Part shown: piece by piece, positions 23,262-32,536 of the stretch
Layout of the letters: the number at the start of each line of letters is the position of its first letter
Position numbering within the stretch: position 1 is the first letter of the stretch
Assembly (NCBI GenBank): GCA_963834365.1
Contig: CAWIBS010000036.1
Location: 277,439-341,438 of the forward strand
Source: Vicinamibacterales bacterium
Lineage (GTDB): Bacteria > Acidobacteriota > Vicinamibacteria > Vicinamibacterales > Vicinamibacteraceae
Direction of reading: 5' to 3'
DNA length: 64,000 nt
Position numbers and translations under genes: made by a program
The notes under the pieces: model-generated
Databases searched by the model: none
Told to the model about the DNA's origin: nothing
Seen by the model: only the letters and a program-made list of their open reading frames with translations

Positions 23262-23738
23262 ATGGCAGCCAAGGCGACGAGCAAGGCGTACTACATGATC
23301 AGCGTGGTCGCGCAGCGCTACAACATCCATCCGCAGACGCTGCGCCTCTACGAGCGCGAAGGCCTGCTCAAGCCGTCTCGTACCGAAGGCAACACGCGCC
23401 TGTATTCGGACGAAGACCTCGAGCGCCTCGAGACCATTCTGTCGCTGACCCGCGATCTCGGCGTCAACCTGGCCGGCGTCGAGATCATCCTGAACATGCG
23501 GGAACGCATCGAGCAGATGCAGGGCGAAGTCAACGAGTTCATGCAGTACGTCAAGCGTGAGATGGTCAAGGGCCTTGGCGACTGGGAGCAGCGCCTCAGC
23601 ACGGCGCTCGTCAAGTCCACACCAGGCGGCCTCGTCCGTGCCGAGCCTCGACCCTCGTCGCCGGCCGGGCCATCCAGCGCCGCCGCCGCGGGCGGTGGCG
23701 GAGTGACCGTCGCCCGCAAGACGACGCGCGACCGGTAG
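23262..23738 (+). CDS. hspR: MerR-family heat-shock repressor HspR
   Basis: YMISVVAQRYNIHPQTLRLYEREGLLKPSRTEGNTRLYSDEDLERLETI is a MerR-type wHTH. It sits immediately downstream of dnaJ, as in dnaK-dnaJ-hspR operons. Confidence 0.8.
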   Translation: MAAKATSKAYYMISVVAQRYNIHPQTLRLYEREGLLKPSRTEGNTRLYSDEDLERLETILSLTRDLGVNLAGVEIILNMRERIEQMQGEVNEFMQYVKREMVKGLGDWEQRLSTALVKSTPGGLVRAEPRPSSPAGPSSAAAAGGGGVTVARKTTRDR

Positions 23739-23817
23739 GCGCAGCCGACATCCTCGCCGGCGACAAAGCCGGCGCGCGTCCACCGCCGCCTCGGGGTATC
23801 CTCACACCGCTCGTCGC

Positions 23818-24759
23818 ATGCGCATCCTCGTCACCGGTGGCGCCGGGTACATCGGAACGCTCGTCTGTCCGGCCCTGCTCGCCTCGGGGCACCGGGTCAC
23901 GCTCCTCGACCGCTTCCTGTTCGGGGTGCAGCCGATTCTGCACTTCGTGACCCATCCGAACCTGCAGGTGGTCCACGGCGACATTCGCGATGCGACCGTC
24001 GTCCGCCATGCCGCGTCGCAGGCTGACGTCATCCTGCACCTTGCCGCGATCGTCGGTCATGCGGCGTGTGCGGCCGACCCGTTGACCGCCGAGTCCACCA
24101 ACGTCACCGGCACCAGGAACCTCGTGGACGCCGCCGCGGCGTCCCAGCCGATCGTCTATGCGAGCACAGGCAGCGTCTATGGACGGTGCGAAACCATCGC
24201 CACCGAGGACACGGCCCCCAACCCACTGACGCTATACGCGCGTACCAAACACGACGCAGAGCGCCTCGTCGTCGAGGCTGGTGGCATCGGCCTGCGGTTC
24301 GCGACGGTCTTCGGGCTCAGCCCGCGGCTGCGTCTCGACCTGCTCGTCAACGACTTCTGCTATCAGGCGTACCATCACAAGCAGATCGTCCTGTTCGAGG
24401 GCCATCATCGTCGGACGTTGCTGCACGCGAGGGACGCGGCCGCGGTCTATCCGTTCGCCGTCGGGCACCTGGATGCGATGAAGGGCGATGTCTACAACGT
24501 CGGTGCGTCAGAGCTGAACTACACCAAGATCGACGTGGCGCGGGCGGTCCAGAAGCACCAGCCGTTCTACCTGCACGAAGCCGAGGTGGGGGAGGACCAG
24601 GACAAGCGGAACTACGAGGTGTCGTATTCGAAGATCAACGCGCTCGGCTATGGGGCGACGGTCTCGCTCGAGGACGGGATCACGGAGTTGCTGAGGGTGA
24701 TGCCGTTCGTTGCCCAGCGATCGCCCTGGCGGAATGCGGGGTGGCTGTCGGGCGGGTAG
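23818..24759 (+). CDS. NAD-dependent epimerase/dehydratase (extended SDR)
   Basis: Intact 313-aa ORF with the Rossmann motif MRILVTGGAGYIGT, plus ...YASTGSVYG... and YARTKHDAE (YxxxK). Confidence 0.8.
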   Translation: MRILVTGGAGYIGTLVCPALLASGHRVTLLDRFLFGVQPILHFVTHPNLQVVHGDIRDATVVRHAASQADVILHLAAIVGHAACAADPLTAESTNVTGTRNLVDAAAASQPIVYASTGSVYGRCETIATEDTAPNPLTLYARTKHDAERLVVEAGGIGLRFATVFGLSPRLRLDLLVNDFCYQAYHHKQIVLFEGHHRRTLLHARDAAAVYPFAVGHLDAMKGDVYNVGASELNYTKIDVARAVQKHQPFYLHEAEVGEDQDKRNYEVSYSKINALGYGATVSLEDGITELLRVMPFVAQRSPWRNAGWLSGG

Positions 24760-24772
24760 CAAGCCGATGCAA

Positions 24773-24799
24773 GACAGGGCTGAAGCCCTGTCCCACCTC
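24773..24799. repeat. REP-like hairpin between convergent genes
   Basis: GACAGGGC-TGAA-GCCCTGTC followed by CCACCTC. It has the same loop and a similar flank to the other copies, but a different stem. Confidence 0.75.
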
Positions 24800-24828
24800 A
24801 TAGCCCTTGCCCTGCCGAAGGGAGCCCG

Positions 24829-26194
24829 TCACGGGGCGCGATCGACGGCGGCGCGCTCGGTGCCGGTTTCAGCCGACGCCCGGCCGAGCGCCACGTACGT
24901 CACACCGGGTGCCGAGGCCAGGCCGCGGGCATGGCGCCAGCAGTCAATCACGACGAGCGGCCGGTCACGGCCGAGGAGCGAGCTCGCGGTCAAGGAAGCG
25001 AACGCAGGGTCGGGCGTCGCGATGACCAGCGTGTCCGCGGCCTCGAGACAGTCGTCGACGTCGCCGACGATGCGGAGACCTTCGACGTCCGGGACCTCGC
25101 GCACCAGCGGATCGAAGCCGATCACGTCGTGCCCGCGCTCGCGGAGCAGCCGCGCCAGCGCGACGCTCTGGGAGGCCTCGATGATGTGCGACCTGGGCTT
25201 GAAGGCGAGCCCGAGGATGGCGATGGTCGATCCGGGCGCGGCCAGCGCCGAGACGCGATCGGCGACCCGCTGCGGAATCCCGGCGTTGATCGCGTCGGTG
25301 CTCCGCGGGAGCATGGCCTGCTCACCCACCTCCTGGGCGAAGAAGCGCGAGCGCGACGTTGTCGCGCGGGAAGCACGGGCCGCCGTAGCCGAGCCCGCCG
25401 TTGAGGTAGCGGTCGCCCGACCCGGCGATCGGCGCCCACCGCGTGCGTCACGACGTCCACGTCGCCGCCGGGGATGCGCTCGCAGAGCGCCGCCAGCATG
25501 TTGGCGAACGTGATCTTCATGGTCACGAAGGAGTTGATCGGCGATCTTGGCGAGCTCGGCGTTCTCGAGGCTCATGCGCTTGCAGAGCGGCGAGTTCGCC
25601 ATGACCTCCGCATAGTAGGCCTCGAGGTAGTCGCCCGAGCGCGCGGTCGAGCTCGCCGATCAGCGTGAAGTCGGGATTCAGGAAGTCGCGGATGACGATG
25701 CCGAGCGCGATGAACTCGGGGCTGTAGCACAGCCCGAAGTCCGGGCCCGCGCGCTTGCCCGATTCCGCTCGAGAATCGGCAGCAGTGCGCCGCGGGTCGC
25801 GCCGGGCAGCACCGTGCTCGTCAGCACGACGATGTGGTACGTCGGCTTGGTCGCCAGCGCGCGCCCGATGCCGTCAACGCACGTGACGCGTGCTCGAGGG
25901 TGACGGCGCCGCGCGTCGTCGACTCGGCGTCGGCACGATCACGAAGGTGATGGACGAGTGCTTGACCGCGTCGCCGACGTCGAGCGTGGCGCGGATGCGG
26001 GCCATGTTCGCCTCGAGCGTCGACGTCGAGGTTGTGTCTCCTGCACCGGCGCGCGGCCGGCGTTGACGAGCATCGACGGCGTCGGGATTGGCATCGACGC
26101 CGACGACCTCGCCGCCACGCGACGCGATGGCCGCCACCATGCTGGCGCCAAGCTTCCCCAGACCGACGACCGACACAGGAGGAATCGTGACCAT
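24829..26194 (-). CDS. UDP-glucose/GDP-mannose dehydrogenase family protein; at least five apparent frameshifts
   Basis: From ATG 26194: MVTIPPVSVVGLGKLGASMVAAIASRGGEVVGVDANPDAVD (NAD-binding). Further homologous pieces are scattered over three frames: ...NAGRAPVQE..., ITFVIVPTPS, YSPEF..., AELAKIA.NSFVTMKITFANMLAALCE. The C-terminal ORF 24829..25602 has IAILGLAFKPRSHIIEASQSVALARLLRERGHDVIGFDP. Confidence 0.8.
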
Positions 26195-26495
26195 GATGTT
26201 GTGATCCTGCCGGCCGCGCGCCCGGCTGCGGTGCGAACGCCTGCCGTCTCGACCGGCCGCCCAGGCTGTCTGCGAAGCGTGCGGCAGCCCGTCCGTGCGT
26301 CTGGCTTTGACCAATCGCCCGTGGCCCGGACTCCGTGCGTGCGATCATACGATGCGTTCGAGCAGATCGAGCGACCTGCCGCCGGCCGGCGGACGAACCC
26401 GCCTCGGCGCGGCGCGCCGCCATCCCCATTGACCCCGGCGCTTCGAGGCGCGAAGATGGTGGGCCCGCAGCTCCGCGCGCATCGCCGATCGGATC

Positions 26496-27350
26496 ATGTC
26501 TCCCTGTCCTCATTGCCACGATTCCGGCTGGAAGCTGCTCGATGTCGACGGACGTACGACCGTCATCCGCTGCGACTGCTTCCGCGACACGCTCACCGAG
26601 CGCCTCACGAGCGACGCGCGCATCCCGCGCCGCTACACGCACTGTGACCTTGATCGCTTCGTGACCTACGGCAACGAATCGCTCGATCAGGCCCTGCTGC
26701 AGGCGCGATCGCTCGTCGATCGGTTCCCCGTGGTCAGCAAGGGCCTGTTCCTGCTCGGGCCGCCGGGCGTCGGGAAGACGCATCTGGCCGTCGCGGTGCT
26801 GCGGCTGGTGATCGGCAGAAGGGCGCGCGGGGAGTCTTCTATGACACGCGCGAGCTGCTGCGGGTCATTCGCAGCACCTACGCGCCCGACTCGGCCTCGC
26901 GCGTCAGCGAGAGCGACGTGCTTCGCCCCGTCGTCGAGGCGGACGTGCTCGTGCTCGACGACCTCGGCGCCGAGAAGCCGTCGGAGTGGGTGGACGAGAC
27001 GCTCAACTAGTCGTCAACGGCCGATACAGCGAGCGCCGGCTCACGATCTTCACGTCGAACTACGACATCACCGACGACCTGACGGATCCGGACTCGCTGC
27101 CCGTGCGCGTCGGCCTGCGCATGTACTCGCGGCTGCACGAGATGTGCGAGTTCCGCCATCTCGACGGCGCCGACTACCGCGAGCTGCCGGTCAACGGTGG
27201 CGTCGACGACCTCAAGGCGCTCTGGAAGTGCGCCGGCGCCGCCGGCGGCGCCGTCCCGCAGCGTGCCCAGCCGCTCGACCCGTCAGCTTCGGGCGCGCCT
27301 GCCCGATGGTGTCGCGGACCTCAAGTGGTCGGGAGGCAAAGCTGGGACCT
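26496..27350 (+). CDS. DnaC/DnaI/IstB-like AAA+ ATPase with N-terminal Cys-rich zinc-ribbon; about three apparent frameshifts
   Basis: MSPCPHCHDSGWKLLDVDGRTTVIRCDCF, Walker A LLGPPGVGKTHLAVA, Walker B VLVLDDLGAEK, then RRLTIFTSNY. The pieces lie in three frames (junctions near 26820, 27005 and 27230). The most plausible stop is TGA 27348-27350. Confidence 0.6.
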
Positions 27351-27362
27351 GAAGAGAGGTGT

Positions 27363-27387
27363 GAAGGAGGAAGGAGGAAGGAAGGGA
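27363..27387 (+). repeat. GAAGGAG x3 tandem heptamers (three stacked SD-like motifs) upstream of hemW
   Basis: Read directly: GAAGGAG GAAGGAG GAAGGAA GGGA, 30 nt upstream of ATG 27417. Confidence 0.8.
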
Positions 27388-27416
27388 CACTGCGTGGCTC
27401 CCTCCCACTGGAGCGC

Positions 27417-28535
27417 ATGCTCGGCCTCTACGTCCACATCCCTTTCTGTGCCGCGATCTGCAACTACTGCAACTTCAATCGCGGACTCTCGACGCGCCGC
27501 TCAAGGACGCGATACGTCGCCGCGCTCGTCGAAGAGATCCGGCGCGCGGCCGACGGCGCCCCGGCCGACACGATCTATTTCGGCGGCGGCACGCCGTCGC
27601 TGCTGGAGCCCGCCGAGATCGGGCGCGTCATCGAGGCCTGTCGCGCAGTCGTTCGGGTCACTCGCGATGCCGAGGTGACGCTCGAGCTCAACCCGGAGAC
27701 GGTCACCGCCGATCGGCTGGACGGCTTTCTTGCAAGCAGGCGTCAATCGTCTCAGCATCGGCGTCCAATCGTTCCGGGACGAGGAACTGCGGCGGCTGGG
27801 ACGGGTGCACGACGCCGACGCAGGCGCTCGAGGCGGTGCGCCTGGCACGGGACGCCGGCTTCGACAACGTCAGTCTCGACCTGATGATGTGGCTGCCGCA
27901 GCAGACCGTGTCGCAGTGGCTCGAGTCCGTCGATGTGCTCGTCGAGCAGCGCCGTTGATCACGCATCGCTCTACCTGCTGGAGCTCTATCCGAACGCGCC
28001 GCTGCGGGACGAGATGGCGCGCGGGCGGCTGGTCGCAGGCGCCGGACGACGACGCCGCGGACATGTATCTGGGCGGGCTCGAGCGTCTGGACGCCGGCGG
28101 CTTACGCAGTACGAAATCTCGAACGTCGCCCGCGGGACGCATCTCCCGGCACAACGTGAAGTACTGGACAGACGGCGAGTGGATGGCCTTCGGCTGCGGC
28201 GCGCACGGCACGCGCAACGGCCGCCGCTGGCGCAACGTGTCATCGACGACCGACTACGTGGCGCGGGTGATCGACCGGCGGGAGGTGGTCGCCGAGGCGC
28301 GAATCCTCGATCCAGCGACCGGGCCGAAGAAGCCCTCTTCACGGGCCTGCGGCTGACGGCCGGACTCGACCTTCGGGTGGTCGAGGAACGTTACGGGGTC
28401 GATGTCTGGAAGCGCTACGGCGATGCACTCGCACCTTTTGTCGAATCACGCGTCCTGGAGTACACTCCGCCGGTCTTGCGGCTCACGCGCGCGGGCATGT
28501 TGCTTGCAAATGAGGTGTGCGCTGTTTTCGTGTAG
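27417..28535 (+). CDS. hemW: Radical SAM heme chaperone HemW (coproporphyrinogen III oxidase-like); at least five apparent frameshifts
   Basis: MLGLYVHIPFCAAICNYCNFN (CxxxCxxC), ADTIYFGGGTPSLL, LQAGVNRLSIGVQSFRDEELRRLGR, AGFDNVSLDLMMWLPQQT, SLYLLELYPNAPL, YEISNVAR, NVKYW and the C-terminal EALFTGLRLTAGLDL...RLTRAGMLLANEVCAVFV are spread over all three frames. Confidence 0.8.
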
Positions 28536-28592
28536 GATGCCAGTTCCGCCTCGACCGTCGCTGACGGGTGGCGTTCCGTACTGGAGGAGAAA

Positions 28593-29141
28593 ATGAAGGT
28601 GGGTACGATGTTCGGACGAGTGATCGCGCCCCTGGCGCTCGCAGTCGTATTCGCGGTCGGTTCCGCCAGCGTCGCCGGTGCGCAGCAGTCGGCCGCTCAG
28701 CCCGCGCAGCAGCCGCCGGCCTCGCAGCCACCCGCGACCCAGCCTCCCGCGGCCCAGCCGCCGGCGGCGGCTCCTGCGGAAGCCACCTTCTCGGGCACCG
28801 TGGGTGTCCTGCTGGTTCAGATCAAGACGGATCAGACGGCCGCCTACGAGGGCCTGCTGAGCAAGCTGAAGGAAGCGCTCTCGAAGAGCGACAAGCCGGA
28901 GCGCAAGCAGATGGCCGCGGGGTGGAAGGTCTACAAGTCGGCGGAAGCGCAGGGCGGGAACACGCTCTACGTCCACATCGTGGACCCCGTCGCCCAGGGC
29001 CAGAACTACCTCGAGACCTACAAGCTGATCGCGGAGACGTTCCCGAGCGAAGTGCAGGACCTCTACGCCAAGACCAAGGAAGCTTTCGTGACCGGCGGTC
29101 TCGGGCGCCTGAACCTCACGCTCGTCACCGCACTGCAGTAG
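28593..29141 (+). CDS. Secreted hypothetical protein with Pro/Ala/Gln-rich spacer
   Basis: Intact 182-aa ORF. A signal peptide (VIAPLALAVVFAVGSASVAGA) and a QPPA-type spacer precede a ~120-aa globular part with no motif I recognise. Confidence 0.5.
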   Translation: MKVGTMFGRVIAPLALAVVFAVGSASVAGAQQSAAQPAQQPPASQPPATQPPAAQPPAAAPAEATFSGTVGVLLVQIKTDQTAAYEGLLSKLKEALSKSDKPERKQMAAGWKVYKSAEAQGGNTLYVHIVDPVAQGQNYLETYKLIAETFPSEVQDLYAKTKEAFVTGGLGRLNLTLVTALQ

Positions 29142-29176
29142 CAGGGACGGGGACTGGCGCCCCGCTCCGTTTATCG

Positions 29177-29218
29177 GGGTCAGGACTTGCCGTTTGTGCG
29201 ACGTGGCAGTCCTGACCC
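29177..29218. terminator. Strong hairpin between convergent genes (bidirectional terminator candidate)
   Basis: GGGTCAGGACTTGCC (29177-29191) pairs with GGCAGTCCTGACCC (29205-29218). The stem is 14 bp with one bulge, and the loop is 13 nt. Confidence 0.55.
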
Positions 29219-29226
29219 GTTTCCCG

Positions 29227-29709
29227 TCAGAATGCGAGATTCACGCCCGCATAGAACCGGTGGACTCGCGAGTAGAGCGGGTCGCCGCGCAGCGTGAGCA
29301 TCCGGTAATCGAGCCGCGCCCGCAGCGGACCCGCCAGGGTCACTTTGGCGCCGCCGCCGATGTTGCCCACGAAGCTCGTCTCCGAGCGTTCGAGCAGCTG
29401 TTCGCGATAGACCCCGCCGCCAATCGTCCCGTAGAACTGCCATCCCGCGAGCGGGATGGGCGTCTGCAGGAGGACGTTCCCCATCCCTGTCCGCACTGAC
29501 GGGCACGCGCTCCGGGCGTCCTCGCTGATGTCGCAATACTCGAACTCGAAGCCCACGATGAGGAGGCCTCCGCCGAATGCAACCCCCTTGGCCAGATGCC
29601 GCTCGGGGCTCGGGCTGAGCCCGATGAACGCGGTGAGGTCGGCCGAGGCCGGCGCTGCGAGCGCGAGGACGAGCGCCATGGCCGAGATCGCGGGTCCGGG
29701 ACGGAACAT
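29227..29709 (-). CDS. Small outer-membrane beta-barrel protein (OmpW/OmpA-barrel-like)
   Basis: Intact 160-aa ORF with a signal peptide (AISAMALVLALAAPASA). It has alternating hydrophobic beta-strand periodicity and a terminal aromatic residue (...YAGVNLAF). Confidence 0.6.
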   Translation of the reverse strand: MFRPGPAISAMALVLALAAPASADLTAFIGLSPSPERHLAKGVAFGGGLLIVGFEFEYCDISEDARSACPSVRTGMGNVLLQTPIPLAGWQFYGTIGGGVYREQLLERSETSFVGNIGGGAKVTLAGPLRARLDYRMLTLRGDPLYSRVHRFYAGVNLAF

Positions 29710-29728
29710 GTCCGTATACTAACTAACC

Positions 29729-29752
29729 GGCGGGGCTGAAGCCCCGCCCTCC
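29729..29752. repeat. REP-like hairpin
   Basis: GGCGGGGC-TGAA-GCCCCGCC-CTCC, 30 nt upstream of the acyl-CoA dehydrogenase ATG. Confidence 0.85.
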
Positions 29753-29781
29753 TGGCGAGAGCAACGCGCCGCCGCATCCCC

Positions 29782-30921
29782 ATGGACTTCCGACTGTCGG
29801 ACGAGCAGCAGATTCTCCGTCGCAGCGTGCGCGAGTTCGCCGAGGCCGAGATCCGTCCGCACGTCATGGTGTGGGACGAGGCGCAGGCGTTCCCCGAGAC
29901 GCTCGTCCGTCAGATGGCCGACCTCGGCCTGATGGGCGTGCAGATGCCCGAGGCACTCGGGGGTCGGCCATGTCGGCCGTGGACTACTGCATCTGTATCG
30001 AGGAGCTCGCGCGGGTCTGTCCCGCCGTCGCGCTCAGCGTGGCCGCGCACAACGGCCTGTGCACAGCCCACCTGTTCAGGTTCGGCAGCGCCGCGCAGCG
30101 CGAGCGTTTCATTCCTCCCCTGGCGCGTGGCGAGCTGCTGGGGGCGTGGGGCCTGACCGAGCCGACGGCCGGCAGCGATGCGGCCGGGACCCGCACGGTC
30201 GCCGTCCGGGACGGCGAGACGTGGGTGATCAACGGCGCGAAGACCTTCATCACGCACGGCAGCACGGGCGGCGTCATGGTCGTCATGGCCGTCACCGATC
30301 GCAGCCAAGGGCAACCGCGGCATCTCCGCGTTCGTGGTCCCGCGGGGAACCCCGGGCATGCGGCCGGGAAAGAAGGAGAACAAGCTGGGGATGCGCGCGA
30401 GCGACACGAGCGAGGTGATCTTCACCGATTGCCGGGTCCCGCACGACGCGCTGGTCGGCGAGGACGGTCTGGGCTTCGTGAACGCGCTGCAGGTGCTCGA
30501 CGCCGGCCGCACGGGTATTGCGGCGCTGTCGGTCGGGCTCGCACAGGGCGCCTTCGAGGCCGCCGTCAAGTATGCGAAGGAGCGGCGGCAGTTCGGGCAG
30601 CCGATTGCCGCATTCCAGGCCACGCAGTGGAAGATCGCGGATCTGGCGACCCGCATCGAAGCGGCGCGGCTGCTGACGTATCGCGCCGCCCACCTCAAGG
30701 ATCGCGGTGAGCGGGTGACGCGTGAGTCGGCGGAGGCCAAGCTGTTTTCGAGCGAGGTCGCCGTCCGCGCCGCCGACGAGTGCGTGCAGATTCACGGCGG
30801 CTACGGGTTCGTCAAGGACTACCCTGCGGAGAAGTATTTCCGCGACGTCAAGCTCCTCACTATCGGCGAGGGGACGAGCGAAATCCAGCGGCTCGTCATC
30901 GCCCGCCAGCTCCTCGCGTGA
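29782..30921 (+). CDS. Acyl-CoA dehydrogenase; two apparent frameshifts
   Basis: [24 protein letters not shown]..., [40 protein letters not shown] and the C-terminal [39 protein letters not shown]. Junctions are at the G5 run 29959-29963 (needs G6: [14 protein letters not shown]) and near 30302. Confidence 0.9.
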
Positions 30922-32382
30922 ACGACTCGCTCGTCAATCGTGTGCTCGCCGGGAACCCGCGTGCGCTCGCGCGGGCCATCTCGCTCATCGAGGACGGAGC
31001 CCCGGCCGGCAGCGCGCTCGTACGCGAGCTGTTTGCGCGGGCCGGTCGGGCGTACCTCGTCGGGGATCACAGGACCGCCGGGAGCGGGGAAGAGCACCCT
31101 CGTCGATCAGCTCGTCCGCCATGCCCGTCAGGAAGGCCGGACGGTCGGGGTGATTGCGGTGGATCCGACGAGCCCGTTCACCGGCGGCGCGATTCTCGGC
31201 GACCGGGTCCGGATGCAGGCGCACGCCGGGGACGCTGGCGTCTTCATCCGCAGCATGGCCACGCGAGGCCAACTCGGCGGGCTGGCGCGTGCGACGAGCG
31301 AGGTCGCGGTCGTCCTCGACGCGGCCGGTCGCGATCTCGTCGTCATCGAGACGGTGGGCGTCGGGCAGGACGAGATCGACATCGTCCGGACAGCCGATGT
31401 GTCGGTGGTCGTGCTGGTGCCGGGCACCGGCGACGAGGTGCAGGCGCTCAAGGCCGGCATCATGGAGATCGCCGATATCTTCGTCGTCAACAAGGCGGAT
31501 CGGGAGGGCGCCGACCGGATGTGCACCGCGGTCGAGGCCGTGCTGGCGCTCCACGAGCTGCCGGGCGGCGCATGGCGGCCACCGGTGCTGCGGACGGAGG
31601 CCACGACGGGTCGCGGGATCCCCGAGCTCATGGCCGCGATCGAAGCGTTCCGCGCGCAGCAGCCGGAGGGAACCGTCGCACGACGACGGAGCCGTGCGGG
31701 GTGGCGAGTGCGGGAGCTGCTCGCCGAGGGTTTCCTGCGGCACGTGGAAGAGAAGGTTCTCGGCGCCGGCGAGCTGGAGCAGGTCGCGGATCGGATCGCG
31801 GCGCGCGAGGTGGATCCCTACTCCGCGACCGACGCCATCATGGCGCGGGCGATACCGGGGACGGGAGCCTCCCCAGTGGCAATCGAGGCTCCCGTCCCCG
31901 TTCCCGTCATGCCGGTCGCATCCGTGCAGGTTCCCGTCCCCGACCATATCGGCATCGCCGTCTCGGACATCGAGGCGGCGCTTGCGTTCTACCGCGACGC
32001 GCTGGGTCTTCTCGCGGTGGACCCGCCCGAAGACGTCGTGTCGCAGCGGGTGCGGGCGCATTTCATCCGCGCAGGGGAGACGACGCTCGAGCTCCTGGAG
32101 GCGACGGCTCCGGAGTCGCCGATTGCGAAGTTCCTCGAGAAGAGGGGGCCCGGGCTCCACCATCTCACGTTTCGCGTGGACGACATCGAGGAAGCGCTCG
32201 ACCGCCTGAAAGCCAGGGGCGTTCGCCTGATCGACGAGACCGCGAGGCCCGGCGCGCATGGCGCGCTCGTCGCGTTCATCCACCCGTCGTCGGCGCATGG
32301 GGTGCTCGTCGAGCTGATGCAGCCAGCTCAGGGATCAGGGATCAGGGACCAGGGATCAGGAAGGTCTGCACATGGCCCGTAG
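30918..32382 (+). CDS. meaB: MeaB/ArgK-type G3E GTPase continuing in frame into a methylmalonyl-CoA epimerase (VOC) domain; one apparent frameshift
   Basis: GTG 30918 overlaps the ACAD stop (GTGA). Removing one G from GGGG 31062-31065 restores ...[18 protein letters not shown] (P-loop), followed by [26 protein letters not shown] and VVNKADR. After a Pro-rich linker comes the epimerase domain [23 protein letters not shown]...[16 protein letters not shown]...[15 protein letters not shown]. An internal ATG at 31909 is an alternative start for the epimerase part. Confidence 0.8.
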
Positions 32383-32494
32383 CCTGCAGCCCGTAGTCCG
32401 TAGCCCAATTTGACGAACATTGACAACCAAAGACCAAAGACCAAAGACCAAAGACTAGACAAGACCGAAGACCGAAGACTGAAGACCAGCGACC
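32329..32494. repeat. Three consecutive heptamer arrays (CAGGGAY, CCCGTAG-type, GACCAAA/GACCGAA)
   Basis: CAGGGAT CAGGGAT CAGGGAC CAGGGAT CAGGAAG (32329-32363, inside the 3' end of the preceding ORF). CCCGTAG CCTGCAG CCCGTAG TCCGTAG CCC (32376-32406). AACCAAA GACCAAA x3 GACTAGACAA GACCGAA x2 GACTGAA GACCAGC GACC (32426-32494). Confidence 0.9.
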
Positions 32495-32536
32495 GGCCAA
32501 GCTCCTTTCACTCCCATCGCAGGCAAATACGCACCC

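Noticed and set aside
26496-27350. The IstB-like ATPase as part of an IS21-family insertion sequence.
   Set aside because: There is no IstA transposase, no terminal inverted repeats and no target duplication visible, and the flanks are housekeeping genes. The N-terminal zinc ribbon is atypical for IstB.
26496-27884. A 462-aa ORF joining the DnaC-like N-terminus to the HemW N-terminus; likewise 35646..37256 (536 aa) joining VanZ, crotonase and RibH fragments.
   Set aside because: These are mosaic artefacts of multiple frameshifts. Each contains only short in-frame stretches of the real proteins, separated by Arg-rich nonsense.
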